64,000 nucleotides of DNA. It comes from Mobula hypostoma (lineage: Eukaryota). Positions 11,701 through 25,500 of the stretch are shown piece after piece. A model generated the notes under the pieces. It saw only the letters and a program-made list of their open reading frames with translations. It made no database searches and was not told the DNA's origin. The position numbers were made by a program, and so were the translations under genes. Every line of letters begins with the position of its first letter. The first letter of the stretch is position 1. The stretch lies in contig NC_086108.1 of assembly GCF_963921235.1 (NCBI RefSeq), positions 3,782,001 to 3,846,000 of the forward strand. Reading direction: 5' to 3'.

Positions 11701-14700
11701 CCTGACGGTTGTGGGGTAATAACTGTTCCTGAACCTGGTGGTGTGGGACCTGAGGCTCATTGTGGTGAGTGAAGTTATCCACACTGGTTCAGGAGCCTGA
11801 TGGTTGTGGGGTAATAACTGTTCCTGAACCTTGTGGTGTGGGACCTGAGGCTCATTGTGGTGAGTGAAGTTATCCACACTGGTTCAGGAGCCCAATGGTT
11901 GTGGGGTAATAATTGTTCCTGAACCTGGTGGTGAGTGAAGTTATCCACACTTGTTCAGGAGCCCGATGGTTGTGGGGTAATAACTGTTCCTGAAGCTGGC
12001 GGTGTGGGACCTGAGGCTCATTGTGGTGAGTGAAGTTATCCACACTGGTTCAGGAGCCTGATGGTTGTGGGGTAATAACTGTTCCTGAACCTGGTGGTGT
12101 GGGACCTGAGGCTCATTGTGGTGGGTGAAGTTATCCACACTGGTTCAGGAGCCTGATGGTTGTGGGGTAATAACTGTTCCTGAACCTGGTGGTGTGGGAC
12201 CTGAGGCTCATTGTGGTGGGTGAAGTTATCCACACTGGTTCAGGAGCCTGATGGTTGTGGGGTAATAACTGTTCCTGAAGCTGGCGGTGTGGGACCTGAG
12301 GCTCATTGTGGTGGGTGAAGTTATCCACACTGGTTCAGGAGCCTGATGGTTGTGGGGTAATAACTGTTCCTGATGCTGGCGGTATGGGACCTGAGGCTCA
12401 TTGTGGTGGGTGAAGTTATCCACACTGGTTCAGGAGCCTGATGGTTGTGGGGTAATAACTGTTCCTGAACCTGCTGGTGTGGGACCTGAGGCTCATTGTG
12501 GTGGGTGAAGTTATCCACACTGGTTCAGGAGCCTGATGGTTGAAGGGTAATAACTGTTCCTGAACCTGCAGGTGTGGGACCTGAGGCTCATTGTGGTGAG
12601 TGAAGTTATCCACACTGGTTCAGGAGCCTGATGGTTGTGGGGTAATAACTGTTCCTGAACCTGCTGGTGTGGGACCTGAGACTCATTGTGGGGAGTGAAG
12701 TTATCCACACTGGTTCAGGAGCCTGATGGTTGTGGGGTAATAACTGTTCCTGAACCTGCTGGTGTGGGACCTGAGGCTCATTGTGGTGGGTGAAGTTATC
12801 CACACTGGTTCAGGAGCCTGATGGTTGTGGGGTAATAACTGTTCCTGAACCTGCTGGTGTGGGACCTGAGGCTCATTGTGGTGAGTGAAGTTATCCACAC
12901 TGGTTCAGGAGCCTGATGGTTGTGGGGTAATAACTGTTCCTGAACCTGGTGGTGTGGGACCTGAGGCTCATTGTGGTGAGTGAAGTTATCCACACTGGTT
13001 CAGGAGCCTGATGGTTGTGGGGTAATAACTGTTCCTGAACCTGCTGGTGTGGGACCTGAGGCTCATTGTGGGTAGTGAAGTTATCCACACTGGTTCAGGA
13101 GCCTGATGGTTGTGGGGTAATAACTGTTCCTGAACCTGCTGGTGTGGGACCTGAGTCTCATTGTGGTGAGTGAAGTTATCCACACTGGTTCAGGAGCCTG
13201 ATGGTTGTGGGGTAATAACTGTTCCTGAACCTGGTGGTGTGGGACCTCATTGTGGTGAGTGAAGTTATCCACACTGGTTCAGGAGCCTGATGGCTGTGGG
13301 GTAATAACTGTTCCTGAACCTGGTGGTGTGGGACCTGAGGCTCATTGTGGTGAGTGAAGTTATCCACACTGGTTCAGGAGCCTGATGGTTGTGGGGTATT
13401 AACTGTTCCTGAACCTGGTGGTGTGTGACCTGAGGCTCATTGTGGTGGGTGAAGTTATCCACACTGGTTCAGGAGCCTGATGGTTGTGGGGTAATAACTG
13501 TTCCTGAACCTGCTGGTGTGGGACCTGAGGCTCATTGTGGTGAGTGAAGTTATCCACACTGGTTCAGGAGCCTGATGGTTGTGGGGTAATAACTGTTCCT
13601 GAACCTGCTTGTGTGGGACCTGAGGCTCATTGTGGGGATTGAAGTTATCCACACTGGTTCAGGAGCCTGACGGTTGTGGGGTAATAACTGTTCCTGAACC
13701 TGCTTGTGTGGGACCTGAGGCTCATTATGGTGAGTGAAGTTATCCACACTGGTTCAGGAGCCTGACGGTTGTGGGGTAATAACTGTTCCTGAACCTGCTG
13801 GTGTGGGACCTGAGGCTCATTGTGGTGAGTGAAGTTATCCACACTGGTTCAGGAGCCTGATGGTTGTGGGGTAATAACTGTTCCTGAACCTGGTGGTGTG
13901 GGACCTGATGCTCATTGTGGTGAGTGAAGTTATCCACACTGGTTCAGGAGCCTGATGGTTGTGGGGTAATAACTGTTCCTGAAGCTGGCGGTGTGGGACC
14001 TGAGGCTCATTGTGGTGGGTGAAGTTATCCACACTGGTTCATGAGCCCGATGGTTGTGGGGTAATAACTGTTCCTGAAGCTGGCGGTGTGGGACCTGAGG
14101 CTCATTGTGGTGGGTGAAGTTATCCACACTGGTTCAGGAGCCCGATGGTTGTGGGGTAATAACTGTTCCTGAACCTGGTGGTGTGGGACCTGAGGCTCAT
14201 TGTGGTGGGTGATGTTATCCACACTGGTTCAGGAGCCTGATGGTTGTGGGGTAATAACTGTTCCTGAACCTGGTGGTGTGGGACCTGAGGCTCATTGTGG
14301 TGGGTGAAGTTATCCACACTGGTTCAGGAGGCCGATAGTTGTGGGGTAATAATTGTTCCTGAAGCTGGCGGTGTGGGACCTGAGGCTCATTGTGGTGGGT
14401 GAAGTTATCCACACTGGTTCAGGAGCCCGATGGTTGTGGGGTAATAACTGTTCCTGAAGCTGGCGGTGTGGGACCTGAGGCTCATTGTGGTGGGTGAAGT
14501 TATCCACACTGGTTCAGGAGCCCGATGGTTGTGGGGTAATAACTGTTGCTGAACCTGCTGGTGTGGGACCTGATGCTCATTGTGGTGGGTGAAGTTATCC
14601 ACACTGGTTCAGGAGCCTGATGGTTGTGGGGTAATAACTGTTCCTGAACCTGCTGGTGTGGGACCTGAGGCTCATTGTGGTTGGTGAAGTTATCCACACT

Positions 14701-16560
14701 GGTTCAGGAGCCTGATGGTTGTGGGGTAATAACTGTTCCTGAACCTGCTGGTGTGGGACCTGAGGCTCATTGTGCTGAGTGAAGTTATCCACACTGGTTC
14801 AGGAGCCTGATGGTTGTGGGGTAATAACTGTTCCTGAACCTGCTGGTGTGGGACCTGAGGCTCATTGTGGGGAGTGAAGTTATCCACACTGGTTCAGGAG
14901 CCTGATGGTTGTGGGGTAATAACTGTTCCTGAACCTGCTGGTGTGGGACCTGAGTCTCATTGTGGTGAGTGAAGTTATCCACACTGGTTCAGGAGCCTGA
15001 TGGTTGTGGGGTAATAACTGTTCCTGAACCTGGTGGTGTGGGACCTCATTGTGGTGAGTGAAGTTATCCACACTGGTTCAGGAGCCTGATGGCTGTGGGG
15101 TAATAACTGTTCCTGAACCTGGTGGTGTGGGACCTGAGGCTCATTGTGGTGAGTGAAGTTATCCACACTGGTTCAGGAGCCTGATGGTTGTGGGGTAATA
15201 ACTGTTCCTGAACCTGGTGGTGTGGGACCTGAGGCTCATTGTGGTGGGTGAAGTTATCCACACTGGTTCAGGAGCCTGATGGTTGTGGGGTAATAACTGT
15301 TCCTAAACCTGCTGGTGTGGAACCTGAGGCTCATTGTGGTGAGTGAAGTTATCCACACTGGTTCAGGAGCCTGATGGTTGTGGGGTAATAACTGTTCCTG
15401 AACCTGCTGGTGTGGGACCTGAGGCTCATTGTGGGGAGTGAAGTTATCCACACTGGTTCAGGAGCCTGATGGTTGTGGGGTAATAACTGTTCCTGAACCT
15501 GCTGGTGTGGGACCTGAGGCTCATTGTGGGGAGTGAAGTTATCCACACTGGTTCAGGAGCCTGATGGTTGTGGGGTAATAACTGTTCCTGAACCTGGTGG
15601 TGTGGGACCAGAGGCTCATTGTGGTGAGTGAAGTTATCCACACTGGTTCAGGAGCCTGACGGTTGTGGGGTAATAACTGTTCCTGAACCTGGTGGTGTGG
15701 GACCTGAGGCTCATTGTGGTGAGTGAAGTTATCCACACTGGTTCAGGAGCCTGATGGTTGTGGGGTAATAACTGTTCCTGAACCTTGTGGTGTGGGACCT
15801 GAGGCTCATTGTGGTGAGTGAAGTTATCCACACTGGTTCAGGAGCCCGATGGTTGTGGGGTAATAATTGTTCCTGAACCTGGTGGTGAGTGAAGTTATCC
15901 ACACTTGTTCAGGAGCCCGATGGTTGTGGGGTAATAACTGTTCCTGAAGCTGGCGGTGTGGGACCTGAGGCTCATTGTGGTGAGTGAAGTTATCCACACT
16001 GGTTCAGGAGCCTGATGGTTGTGGGGTAATAACTGTTCCTGAACCTGGTGGTGTGGGACCTGAGGCTCATTGTGGTGGGTGAAGTTATCCACACTGGTTC
16101 AGGAGCCTGATGGTTGTGGGGTAATAACTGTTCCTGAACCTGGTGGTGTGGGACCTGAGGCTCATTGTGGTGGGTGAAGTTATCCACACTGGTTCAGGAG
16201 CCTGATGGTTGTGGGGTAATAACTGTTCCTGAAGCTGGCGGTGTGGGACCTGAGGCTCATTGTGGTGGGTGAAGTTATCCACACTGGTTCAGGAGCCTGA
16301 TGGTTGTGGGGTAATAACTGTTCCTGAAGCTGGCGGTGTGGGACCTGAGGCTCATTGTGGTGGGTGAAGTTATCCACACTGGTTCAGGAGCCTGATGGTT
16401 GTGGGGTAATAACTGTTCCTGAACCTGCTGGTGTGGGACCTGAGGCTCATTGTGGTGGGTGAAGTTATCCACACTGGTTCAGGAGCCTGATGGTTGTGGG
16501 GTAATAACTGTTCCTGAACCTGCAGGTGTGGGACCTGAGGCTCATTGTGGTGAGTGAAGT
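8747..16560. repeat. Higher-order tandem duplication, 3954-bp unit (42 monomers)
   Basis: 89-bp monomers at 9222/13176 and 11021/14975 and 71-bp monomers at 11870/15824 share a constant 3954 offset, as do several rare SNPs. Boundaries approximate. Confidence 0.85.
11870..11940. repeat. 71-bp variant monomer (24-bp deletion), first of 8 copies
   Basis: AACCTGGTGGTG joined directly to AGTGAAG. Also at 15824, 16940, 20703, 26649, 27854, 31712 and 51330; each is followed by a monomer reading CACACTTGTTCA. Confidence 0.95.
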
Positions 16561-19500
16561 TATCCACACTGGTTCAGGAGCCTGATGGTTGTGGGGTAAT
16601 AACTGTTCCTGAACCTGGTGGTGTGGGACCTGAGGCTCATTGTGGTGAGTGAAGTTATCCACACTGGTTCAGGAGCCTGATGGTTGTGGGGTAATAACTG
16701 TTCCTGAACCTGGTGGTGTGGGACCTGAGGCTCATTGTGGTGGGTGAAGTTATCCACACTGGTTCAGGAGCCTGATGGTTGTGGGGTAATAACTGTTCCT
16801 GAACCTGCTGGTGTGGGACCTGAGGCTCATTGTGGTGAGTGAAGTTATCCACACTGGTTCAGGAGCCTGATGGTTGTGGGGTAATAACTGTTCCTGAACC
16901 TTGTGGTGTGGGACCTGAGGCTCATTGTGGTGAGTGAAGTTATCCACACTGGTTCAGGAGCCCGATGGTTGTGGGGTAATTATTGTTCCTGAACCTGGTG
17001 GTGAGTGAAGTTATCCACACTTGTTCAGGAGCCCGATGGTTGTGGGTTAATAACTGTTCCTGAAGCTGGCGGTGTGGGACCTGAGGCTCATTGTGGTGAG
17101 TGAAGTTATCCACACTGGTTCAGGAGCCTGATGGTTGTGGGGTAATAACTGTTCCTGAACCTGGTGGTGTGGGACCTGAGGCTCATTGTGGTGGGTGAAG
17201 TTATCCACACTGGTTCAGGAGCCTGATGGTTGTGGGGTAATAACTGTTCCTGAACCTGGTGGTGTGGGACCTGAGGCTCATTGTGGTGGGTGAAGTTATC
17301 CACACTGGTTCAGGAGCCTGATGGTTGTGGGGTAATAACTGTTCCTGAAGCTGGCGGTGTGGGACCTGAGGCTCATTGTGGTGGGTGAAGTTATCCACAC
17401 TGGTTCAGGAGCCTGATGGTTGTGGGGTAATAACTGTTCCTGATGCTGGCGGTATGGGACCTGAGGCTCATTGTGGTGGGTAAAGTTATCCACACTGGTT
17501 CAGGAGCCTGATGGTTGTGGGGTAATAACTGTTCCTGAACCTGCTGGTGTGGGACCTGAGGCTCATTGTGGTGGGTGAAGTTATCCACACTGGTTCAGGA
17601 GCCTGATGGTTGAAGGGTAATAACTGTTCCTGAACCTGCAGGTGTGGGACCTGAGGCTCATTGTGGTGAGTGAAGTTATCCACACTGGTTCAGGAGCCTG
17701 ATGGTTGTGGGGTAATAACTGTTCCTGAACCTGCTGGTGTGGGACCTGAGACTCATTGTGGGGAGTGAAGTTATCCACACTGGTTCAGGAGCCTGATGGT
17801 TGTGGGGTAATAACTGTTCCTGAACCTGCTGGTGTGGGACCTGAGGCTCATTGTGGTGAGTGAAGTTATCCACACTGGTTCAGGAGCCTGATGGTTGTGG
17901 GGTAATAACTGTTCCTGAACCTGGTGGTGTGGGACCTCATTGTGGTGAGTGAAGTTATCCACACTGGTTCAGGAGCCTGATGGCTGTGGGGTAATAACTG
18001 TTCCTGAACCTGCTGGTGTGGGACCTGAGGCTCATTGTGGTGAGTGAAGTTATCCACACTGGTTCAGGAGCCTGATGGTTGTGGGGTAATAACTGTTCCT
18101 GAACCTGCTGGTGTGGGACCTGAGGCTCATTGTGGTGGGTGAAGTTATCCACACTGGTTCAGGAGCCTGATGGTTGTGGGGTAATAACTGTTCCTGAACC
18201 TGCTGGTGTGGGACCTGAGGCTCATTGTGGTGAGTGAAGTTATCCACACTGGTTCAGGAGCCTGATGGTTGTGGGGTAATAACTGTTCCTGAACCTTCTG
18301 GTGTGGGACCTGAGGCTCATTGTGGTGAGTGAAGTTATCCACACTGGTTCAGGAGCCTGATGGTTGTGGGGTAATAACTGTTCCTGAACCTGGTTGTGTG
18401 GGACCTGAGGCTCATTGTGGGGAGTGAAGTTATCCACACTGGTTCAGGAACCTGACGGTTGTGGGGTAATAACTGTTCCTGAACCTGGTGGTGTGGGACC
18501 TGAGGCTCATTGTGGTGAGTGAAGTTATCCACACTGGTTCAGGAGCCTGTCGGTTGTGGGGTAATAACTGTTCCTGAACCTGGTGGTGTGGGACCTGAGG
18601 CTCATTGTGGTGAGTGAAATTATCCACACTGGTTCAGGAGCCTGACGGTTGTGGGGTAATAATTGTTCCTGAACCTGGTGGTGTGGGACCTGAGGCTCAT
18701 TGTGGTGAGTGAAGTTATCCACACTGGTTCAGGAGCCCGATGGTTGTGGGGTAATAATTGTTCCCAACCTGGTGGTGTGGGACCTGAGGCTCATTGTGGT
18801 GAGTGAAGTTATCAATACTGGTTCAGGAGCCCGATGGTTGTGGGGTAATAACTGTTCCCGAACCTGGCGGTGTGGGACCTGAGGCTCATTGTGGTGAGCG
18901 AAGTTATCCACACTGGTTCAGGAGCCCGATGGTTGTGGGGTAATAACTGTTCCTGAACCTGGTGGTGTGGGACCTGAGGCTCATTGTGGTGGGTGAAGTT
19001 ATCCACACTGGTTCAGGAGCCTGATGGTTGTGGGGTAATAACTGTTCCTGAACCTTGTGGTGTGGGACCTGAGGCTCATTGTGGTGGGTGAAGTTATCCA
19101 CACTGGTTCAGGAGCCTGATGGTTGTGGGGTAATAACTGTTCCTGAACCTGCTGGTGTGGGACCTGAGGCTCATTGTGGTGGGTGATGTTATCCACACTG
19201 GTTCAGGAGCCTGATGGTTGTGGGGTAATAACTGTTCCTGAACCTGGTGGTCTGGGACCTGAGGCTCATTGTGGTGGGTGAAGTTATCCACACTGGTTCA
19301 GGAGGCCGATAGTTGTGGGGTAATAATTGTTCCTGAAGCTGGCGGTGTGGGACCTGAGGCTCATTGTGGTGGGTGAAGTTATCCACACTGGTTCAGGAGC
19401 CCGATGGTTGTGGGGTAATAACTGTTCCTGAAGCTGGCGGTGTGGGACCTGAGGCTCATTGTGGTGGGTGAAGTTATCCACACTGGTTCAGGAGCCCGAT

Positions 19501-22500
19501 GGTTGTGGGGTAATAACTGTTGCTGAACCTGCTGGTGTGGGACCTGATGCTCATTGTGGTGGGTGAAGTTATCCACACTGGTTCAGGAGCCTGATGGTTG
19601 TGGGGTAATAACTGTTCCTGAACCTGCTGGTGTGGGACCTGAGGCTCATTGTGCTGAGTGAAGTTATCCACACTGGTTCAGGAGCCTGATGGTTGTGGGG
19701 TAATAACTGTTCCTGAACCTGCTGGTGTGGGACCTGAGGCTCATTGTGGGGAGTGAAGTTATCCACACTGGTTCAGGAGCCTGATGGTTGTGGGGTAATA
19801 ACTGTTCCTGAACCTGCTGGTGTGGGACCTGAGTCTCATTGTGGTGAGTGAAGTTATCCACACTGGTTCAGGAGCCTGATGGTTGTGGGGTAATAACTGT
19901 TCCTGAACCTGGTGGTGTGGGACCTCATTGTGGTGAGTGAAGTTATCCACACTGGTTCAGGAGCCTGATGGCTGTGGGGTAATAACTGTTCCTGAACCTG
20001 GTGGTGTGGGACCTGAGGCTCATTGTGGTGAGTGAAGTTATCCACACTGGTTCAGGAGCCTGATGGTTGTGGGGTAATAACTGTTCCTGAACCTGGTGGT
20101 GTGGGACCTGAGGCTCATTGTGGTGGGTGAAGTTATCCACACTGGTTCAGGAGCCTGATGGTTGTGGGGTCATAACTGTTCCTAAACCTGCTGCTGTGGA
20201 ACCTGAGGCTCATTGTGGTGAGTGAAGTTATCCACACTGGTTCAGGAGCCTGATGGTTGTGGGGTAATAACTGTTCCTGAACCTGCTGGTGTGGGACCTG
20301 AGGCTCATTGTGGGGAGTGAAGTTATCCACACTGGTTCAGGAGCCTGATGGTTGTGGGGTAATAACTGTTCCTGAACCTGCTGGTGTGGGACCTGAGGCT
20401 CATTGTGGGGAGTGAAGTTATCCACACTGGTTCAGGAGCCTGATGGTTGTGGGGTAATAACTGTTCCTGAACCTGGTGGTGTGGGACCAGAGGCTCATTG
20501 TGGTGAGTGAAGTTATCCACACTGGTTCAGGAGCCTGACGGTTGTGGGGTAATAACTGTTCCTGAACCTGGTGGTTTGGGACCTGAGGCTCATTGTGGTG
20601 AGTGAAGTTATCCACACTGGTTCAGGAGCCTGATGGTTGTGGGGTAATAACTGTTCCTGAACCTTGTGGTGTGGGACCTGAGGCTCATTGTGGTGAGTGA
20701 AGTTATCCACACTGGTTCAGGAGCCCGATGGTTGTGGTGTAATAATTGTTCCTGAACCTGGTGGTGAGTGAAGTTATCCACACTTGTTCAGGAGCCCGAT
20801 GGTTGTGGGGTAATAACTGTTCCTGAAGCTGGCGGTGTGGGACCTGAGGCTCATTGTGGCGAGTGAAGTTATCCACACTGGTTCAGGAGCCTGATGGTTG
20901 TGGGGTAATAACTGTTCCTGAACCTGGTGGTGTGGGACCTGAGGCTCATTGTGGTGGGTGAAGTTATCCACACTGGTTCAGGAGCCTGATGGTTGTGGGG
21001 TAATAACTGTTCCTGAACCTGGTGGTGTGGGACCTGAGGCTCATTGTGGTGGGTGAAGTTATCCACACTGGTTCAGGAGCCTGATGGTTGTGGGGTAATA
21101 ACTGTTCCTGAAGCTGGCGGTGTGGGACCTGAGGCTCATTGTGGTGGGTGAAGTTATCCACACTGGTTCAGGAGCCTGATGGTTGTGGGGTAATAACTGT
21201 TCCTGATGCTGGCGGTATGGGACCTGAGGCTCATTGTGGTGGGTGAAGTTATCCACACTGGTTCAGGAGCCTGATGGTTGTGGGGTAATAACTGTTCCTG
21301 AACCTGCTGGTGTGGGACCTGAGGCTCATTGTGGTGGGTGAAGTTATCCACACTGGTTCAGGAGCCTGATGGTTGAAGGGTAATAACTGTTCCTGAACCT
21401 GCAGGTGTGGGACCTGAGGCTCATTGTGGTGAGTGAAGTTATCCACACTGGTTCAGGAGCCTGATGGTTGTGGGGTAATAACTGTTCCTGAACCTGCTGG
21501 TGTGGGACCTGAGACTCATTGTGGTGAGTGAAGTTATCCACACTGGTTCAGGAGCCTGATGGTTGTGGGGTAATAACTGTTCCTGAACCTGCTGGTGTGG
21601 GACCTGAGGCTCATTGTGGTGAGTGAAGTTATCCACACTGGTTCAGGAGCCTGATGGTTGTGGGGTAATAACTGTTCCTGAACCTGGTGGTGTGGGACCT
21701 CATTGTGGTGAGTGAAGTTATCCACACTGGTTCAGGAGCCTGATGGCTGTGGGGTAATAACTGTTCCTGAACCTGCTGGTGTGGGACCTGAGGCTCATTG
21801 TGGTGAGTGAAGTTATCCACACTGGTTCAGGAGCCTGATGGTTGTGGGGTAATAACTGTTCCTGAACCTGCTGGTGTGGGACCTGAGGCTCATTGTGGTG
21901 GGTGAAGTTATCCACACTGGTTCAGGAGCCTGATGGTTGTGGGGTAATAACTGTTCCTGAACCTGCTGGTGTGGGACCTGAGGCTCATTGTGGTGGGTGA
22001 AGTTATCCACACTGGTTCAGGAGCCTGATGGTTGTGGGGTAATAACTGTTCCTGAACCTTCTGGTGTGGGACCTGAGGCTCATTGTGGTGAGTGAAGTTA
22101 TCCACACTGGTTCAGGAGCCTGATGGTTGTGGGGTAATAACTGTTCCTGAACCTGGTGGTGTGGGACCTGAGGCTCATTGCGGGGAGTGAAGTTATCCAC
22201 ACTGGTTCAGGAACCTGACGGTTGTGGGGTAATAACTGTTCCTGAACCTGGTGGTGTGGGACCTGAGGCTCATTGTGGTGAGTGAAGTTATCCACACTGG
22301 TTCAGGAGCCTGTCGGTTGTGGGGTAATAACTGTTCCTGAACCTGGTGGTGTGGGACCTGAGGCTCATTGTGGTGAGTGAAGTTATCCACACTGGTTCAG
22401 GAGCCTGACGGTTGTGGGGTAATAACTGTTCCTGAACCTGTGGTGTGGGACCTGAGGCTCATTGTGGTGAGTGAAGTTATCCACACTGGTTCAGAGCCTG

Positions 22501-25500
22501 ATGGTTGTGGGGTAATAACTGTTCCGATGGTTGTGGGGTAATAATTTTCCCAACCTGGTGGTGTGGGACCTGAGGCTCATTGTGGTGAGTGAAGTTATCA
22601 ATACTGGTTCAGGAGCCCGATGGTTGTGGGGTAATAACTGTTCCCGAACCTGGCGGGTGGGACCTGAGGCTCATTGTGGTGAGCGAAGTTATCCACACTG
22701 GTTCAGGAGCCCGATGGTTGTGGGGTAATAACTGTTCCTGAACCTGGTGGTGTGGGACCTGAGGCTCATTGTGGTGGGTGAAGTTATCCACACTGGTTCA
22801 GGAGCCTGATGGTTGTGGGGTAATAACTGTTCCTGAACCTTGTGGTGTGGGACCTGAGGCTCATTGTGGTGGGTGAAGTTATCCACACTGGTTCAGGAGC
22901 CTGATGGTTGTGGGGTAATAACTGTTCCTGAACCTGCTGGTGTGGGACCTGAGGCTGATTGTGGTGAGTGAAGTTATCCACACTGGTTCAGGAGCCTGAT
23001 GGTTGTGGGGTAATAACTGTTCCTGAACCTGCTGGTTTGGGACCTGAGGCTCATTGTGGGGAGTGAAGTTATCCACAGTGGTTCAGCAGCCTGATGGTTG
23101 TGGGGTAATAACTGTTCCTGAACCTGCTGGTGTGGGACCTGAGGCTCACTGTGGTGAGTGAAGTTATCCACACTGGTTCAGGAGCCTGATGGTTGTGGGG
23201 TAATAACTGTTCCTGAACCTGGTGGTGTGGGACCTCATTGTGGTGAGTGAAGTTATCCACACTGGTTCAGGAGCCTGATGGCTGTGGGGTAATAACTGTT
23301 CCTGAACCTGCTGGTGTGGGACCAGAGGCTCATTGTGGGGAGTGAAGATATCCACACTGGTTCAGGAGCCTGATGGTTGTGGGGTAATAACTGTTCCTGA
23401 ACCTGGTGGTGTGGGACCTCATTGTGGTGAGTGAAGTTATCCACACTGGTTCAGGAGCCTGATGGCTGTGGGGTAATAACTGTTCCTGAACCTGCTGGTG
23501 TGGGACCTGAGGCTCATCGTGGTGAGTGAAGTTATCCACACTGGTTCAGGAGCCTGATGGTTGTGGGGTAATAACTGTTCCTGAACCTGCTGGTGTGGGA
23601 CCTGAGGCTGATTGTGGGGAATGAAGTTATCCACACTGGCTCAGGAGCCTGATGGTTGTGGGGTAATAACTGTTCCTGAACCTGCTGGTGTGGGACCTGA
23701 GGCTCATTGTGGTGAGTGAAGTTATCCACACTGGTTCAGGAGCCTGATGGTTGTGGGGTAATAACTGTTCCTGAACCTGCTGGTGTGGGACCTGAGGCTC
23801 ATTGTGGTGAGTGAAGTTATCCACACTGGTTCAGGAGCCTGATGGTTGTGGGGTAATAACTGTTCCTGAACCTGGTGGTGTGGGACCTCATTGTGGTGAG
23901 TGAAGTTATCCACACTGGTTCAGGAGCCTGATGGCTGTGGGGTAATAACTGTTCCTGAACCTGCTGGTGTGGGACCTGCGGCTCATTGTGGTGAGTGAAG
24001 TTATCCACACTGGTTCAGGAGCCTGATGGTTGTGGGGTGATAACTGTTCCTGAACCTGCTGGTGTGGGACCTGAGGCTCATTGTGGGGAATGAAGTTATC
24101 CACACTGGTTCAGGAGCCTGATGGTTGTGGGGTAATAACTGTTCCTGAACCTGCTGGTGTGGGACCTGAGGCTCATTGTGGTGAGTGAAGTTATCCACAC
24201 TGGTTCAGGAGCCTGATGGTTGTGGGGTAATAACTGTTCCTGAACCTGGTGGTGTGGGACCTCATTGTGGTGAGTGAAGTTATCCACACTGGTTCAGGAG
24301 CCTGATGGCTGTGGGGTAATAACTGTTCCTGAACCTGGTGGTGTGGGACCTGAGGCTCATTGTGGTGAGTGAAGTTATCCACACTGGTTCAGGAGCCTGA
24401 TGGTTGTGGGGTAATAACTGTTCCTGAACCTGGTGGTGTGGGACCTGAGGCTCATTGTGGTGGGTGAAGTTATCCACACTGGTTCAGGAGCCTTATGGTT
24501 GTGGGGTAATAACTGTTCCTGAACCTGGTGGTGTGGGACCTGAGGCTCATTGTGGTGAGTGAAGTTATCCACACTGGTTCAGGAGCCTGATGGTTGTGGG
24601 GTAATAACTGTTCCTCAACCTGCTGGTGTGGGACCTGAGGCTCATTGTGGGGAGTGAAGTTATCCACACTGGTTCAGGAGCCTGATGGTTGTGGGGTAAT
24701 AACTGTTCCTGAACCTGCTGGTGTGGGACCTGAGGCTCATTGTGGGGAGTGAAGTTATCCACACTGGTTCAGGAGCCTGATGGTTGTGGGGTAATGACTG
24801 TTCCTGAACCTGGTGGTGTGGGACCTGAGGCTCATTGTGGTGAGTGAAGTTATCCACACTGGTTCAGGAGCCTGACGGTTGTGGGGTAATAACTGTTCCT
24901 GAACCTGGTGGTGTGGGACCTGAGGCTCATTGTGGTGAGTGAAGTTATCCACACTGGTTCAGGAGCCTGACGTTTGTGGGGTAATAACTGTTCCTGAACC
25001 TGGTGGTGTGGGACCTGAGGCTCATTGTGGTGAGTGAAGTTATCCACACTGGTTCAGGAGGCCGATGGTTGTGGGGTAATAATTGTTCCTGAAGCTGGCG
25101 GTGTGGGACCTGAGGCTCATTGTGGTGGGTGAAGTTATCCACACTGGTTCAGGAGCCCGATGGTTGTGGGGTAATAACTGTTCCTGAAGCTGGCGGTGTG
25201 GGACCTGAGGCTCATTGTGGTGGGTGAAGTTATCCACACTGGTTCAGGAGCCCGATGGTTGTGGGGTAATAACTGTTCCTGAAGCAGGCGGTGTGGGACC
25301 TGAGGCTCATTGTGGTGGGTGAAGTTATCCACACTGGTTCAGGAGCCCGATGGTTGTGGGGTAATAACTGTTGCTGAACCTGCTGGTGTGGGACCTGATG
25401 CTCATTGTGGTGGGTGAAGTTATCCACACTGGTTCAGGAGCCTGATGGTTGTGGGGTAATAACTGTTCCTGAACCTGCTGGTGTGGGACCTGAGGCTCAT

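Noticed and set aside
22531..22728. Only + strand ORF (65 aa)
   Set aside because: Created by the local indel patch in repeat sequence; no recognisable domain.
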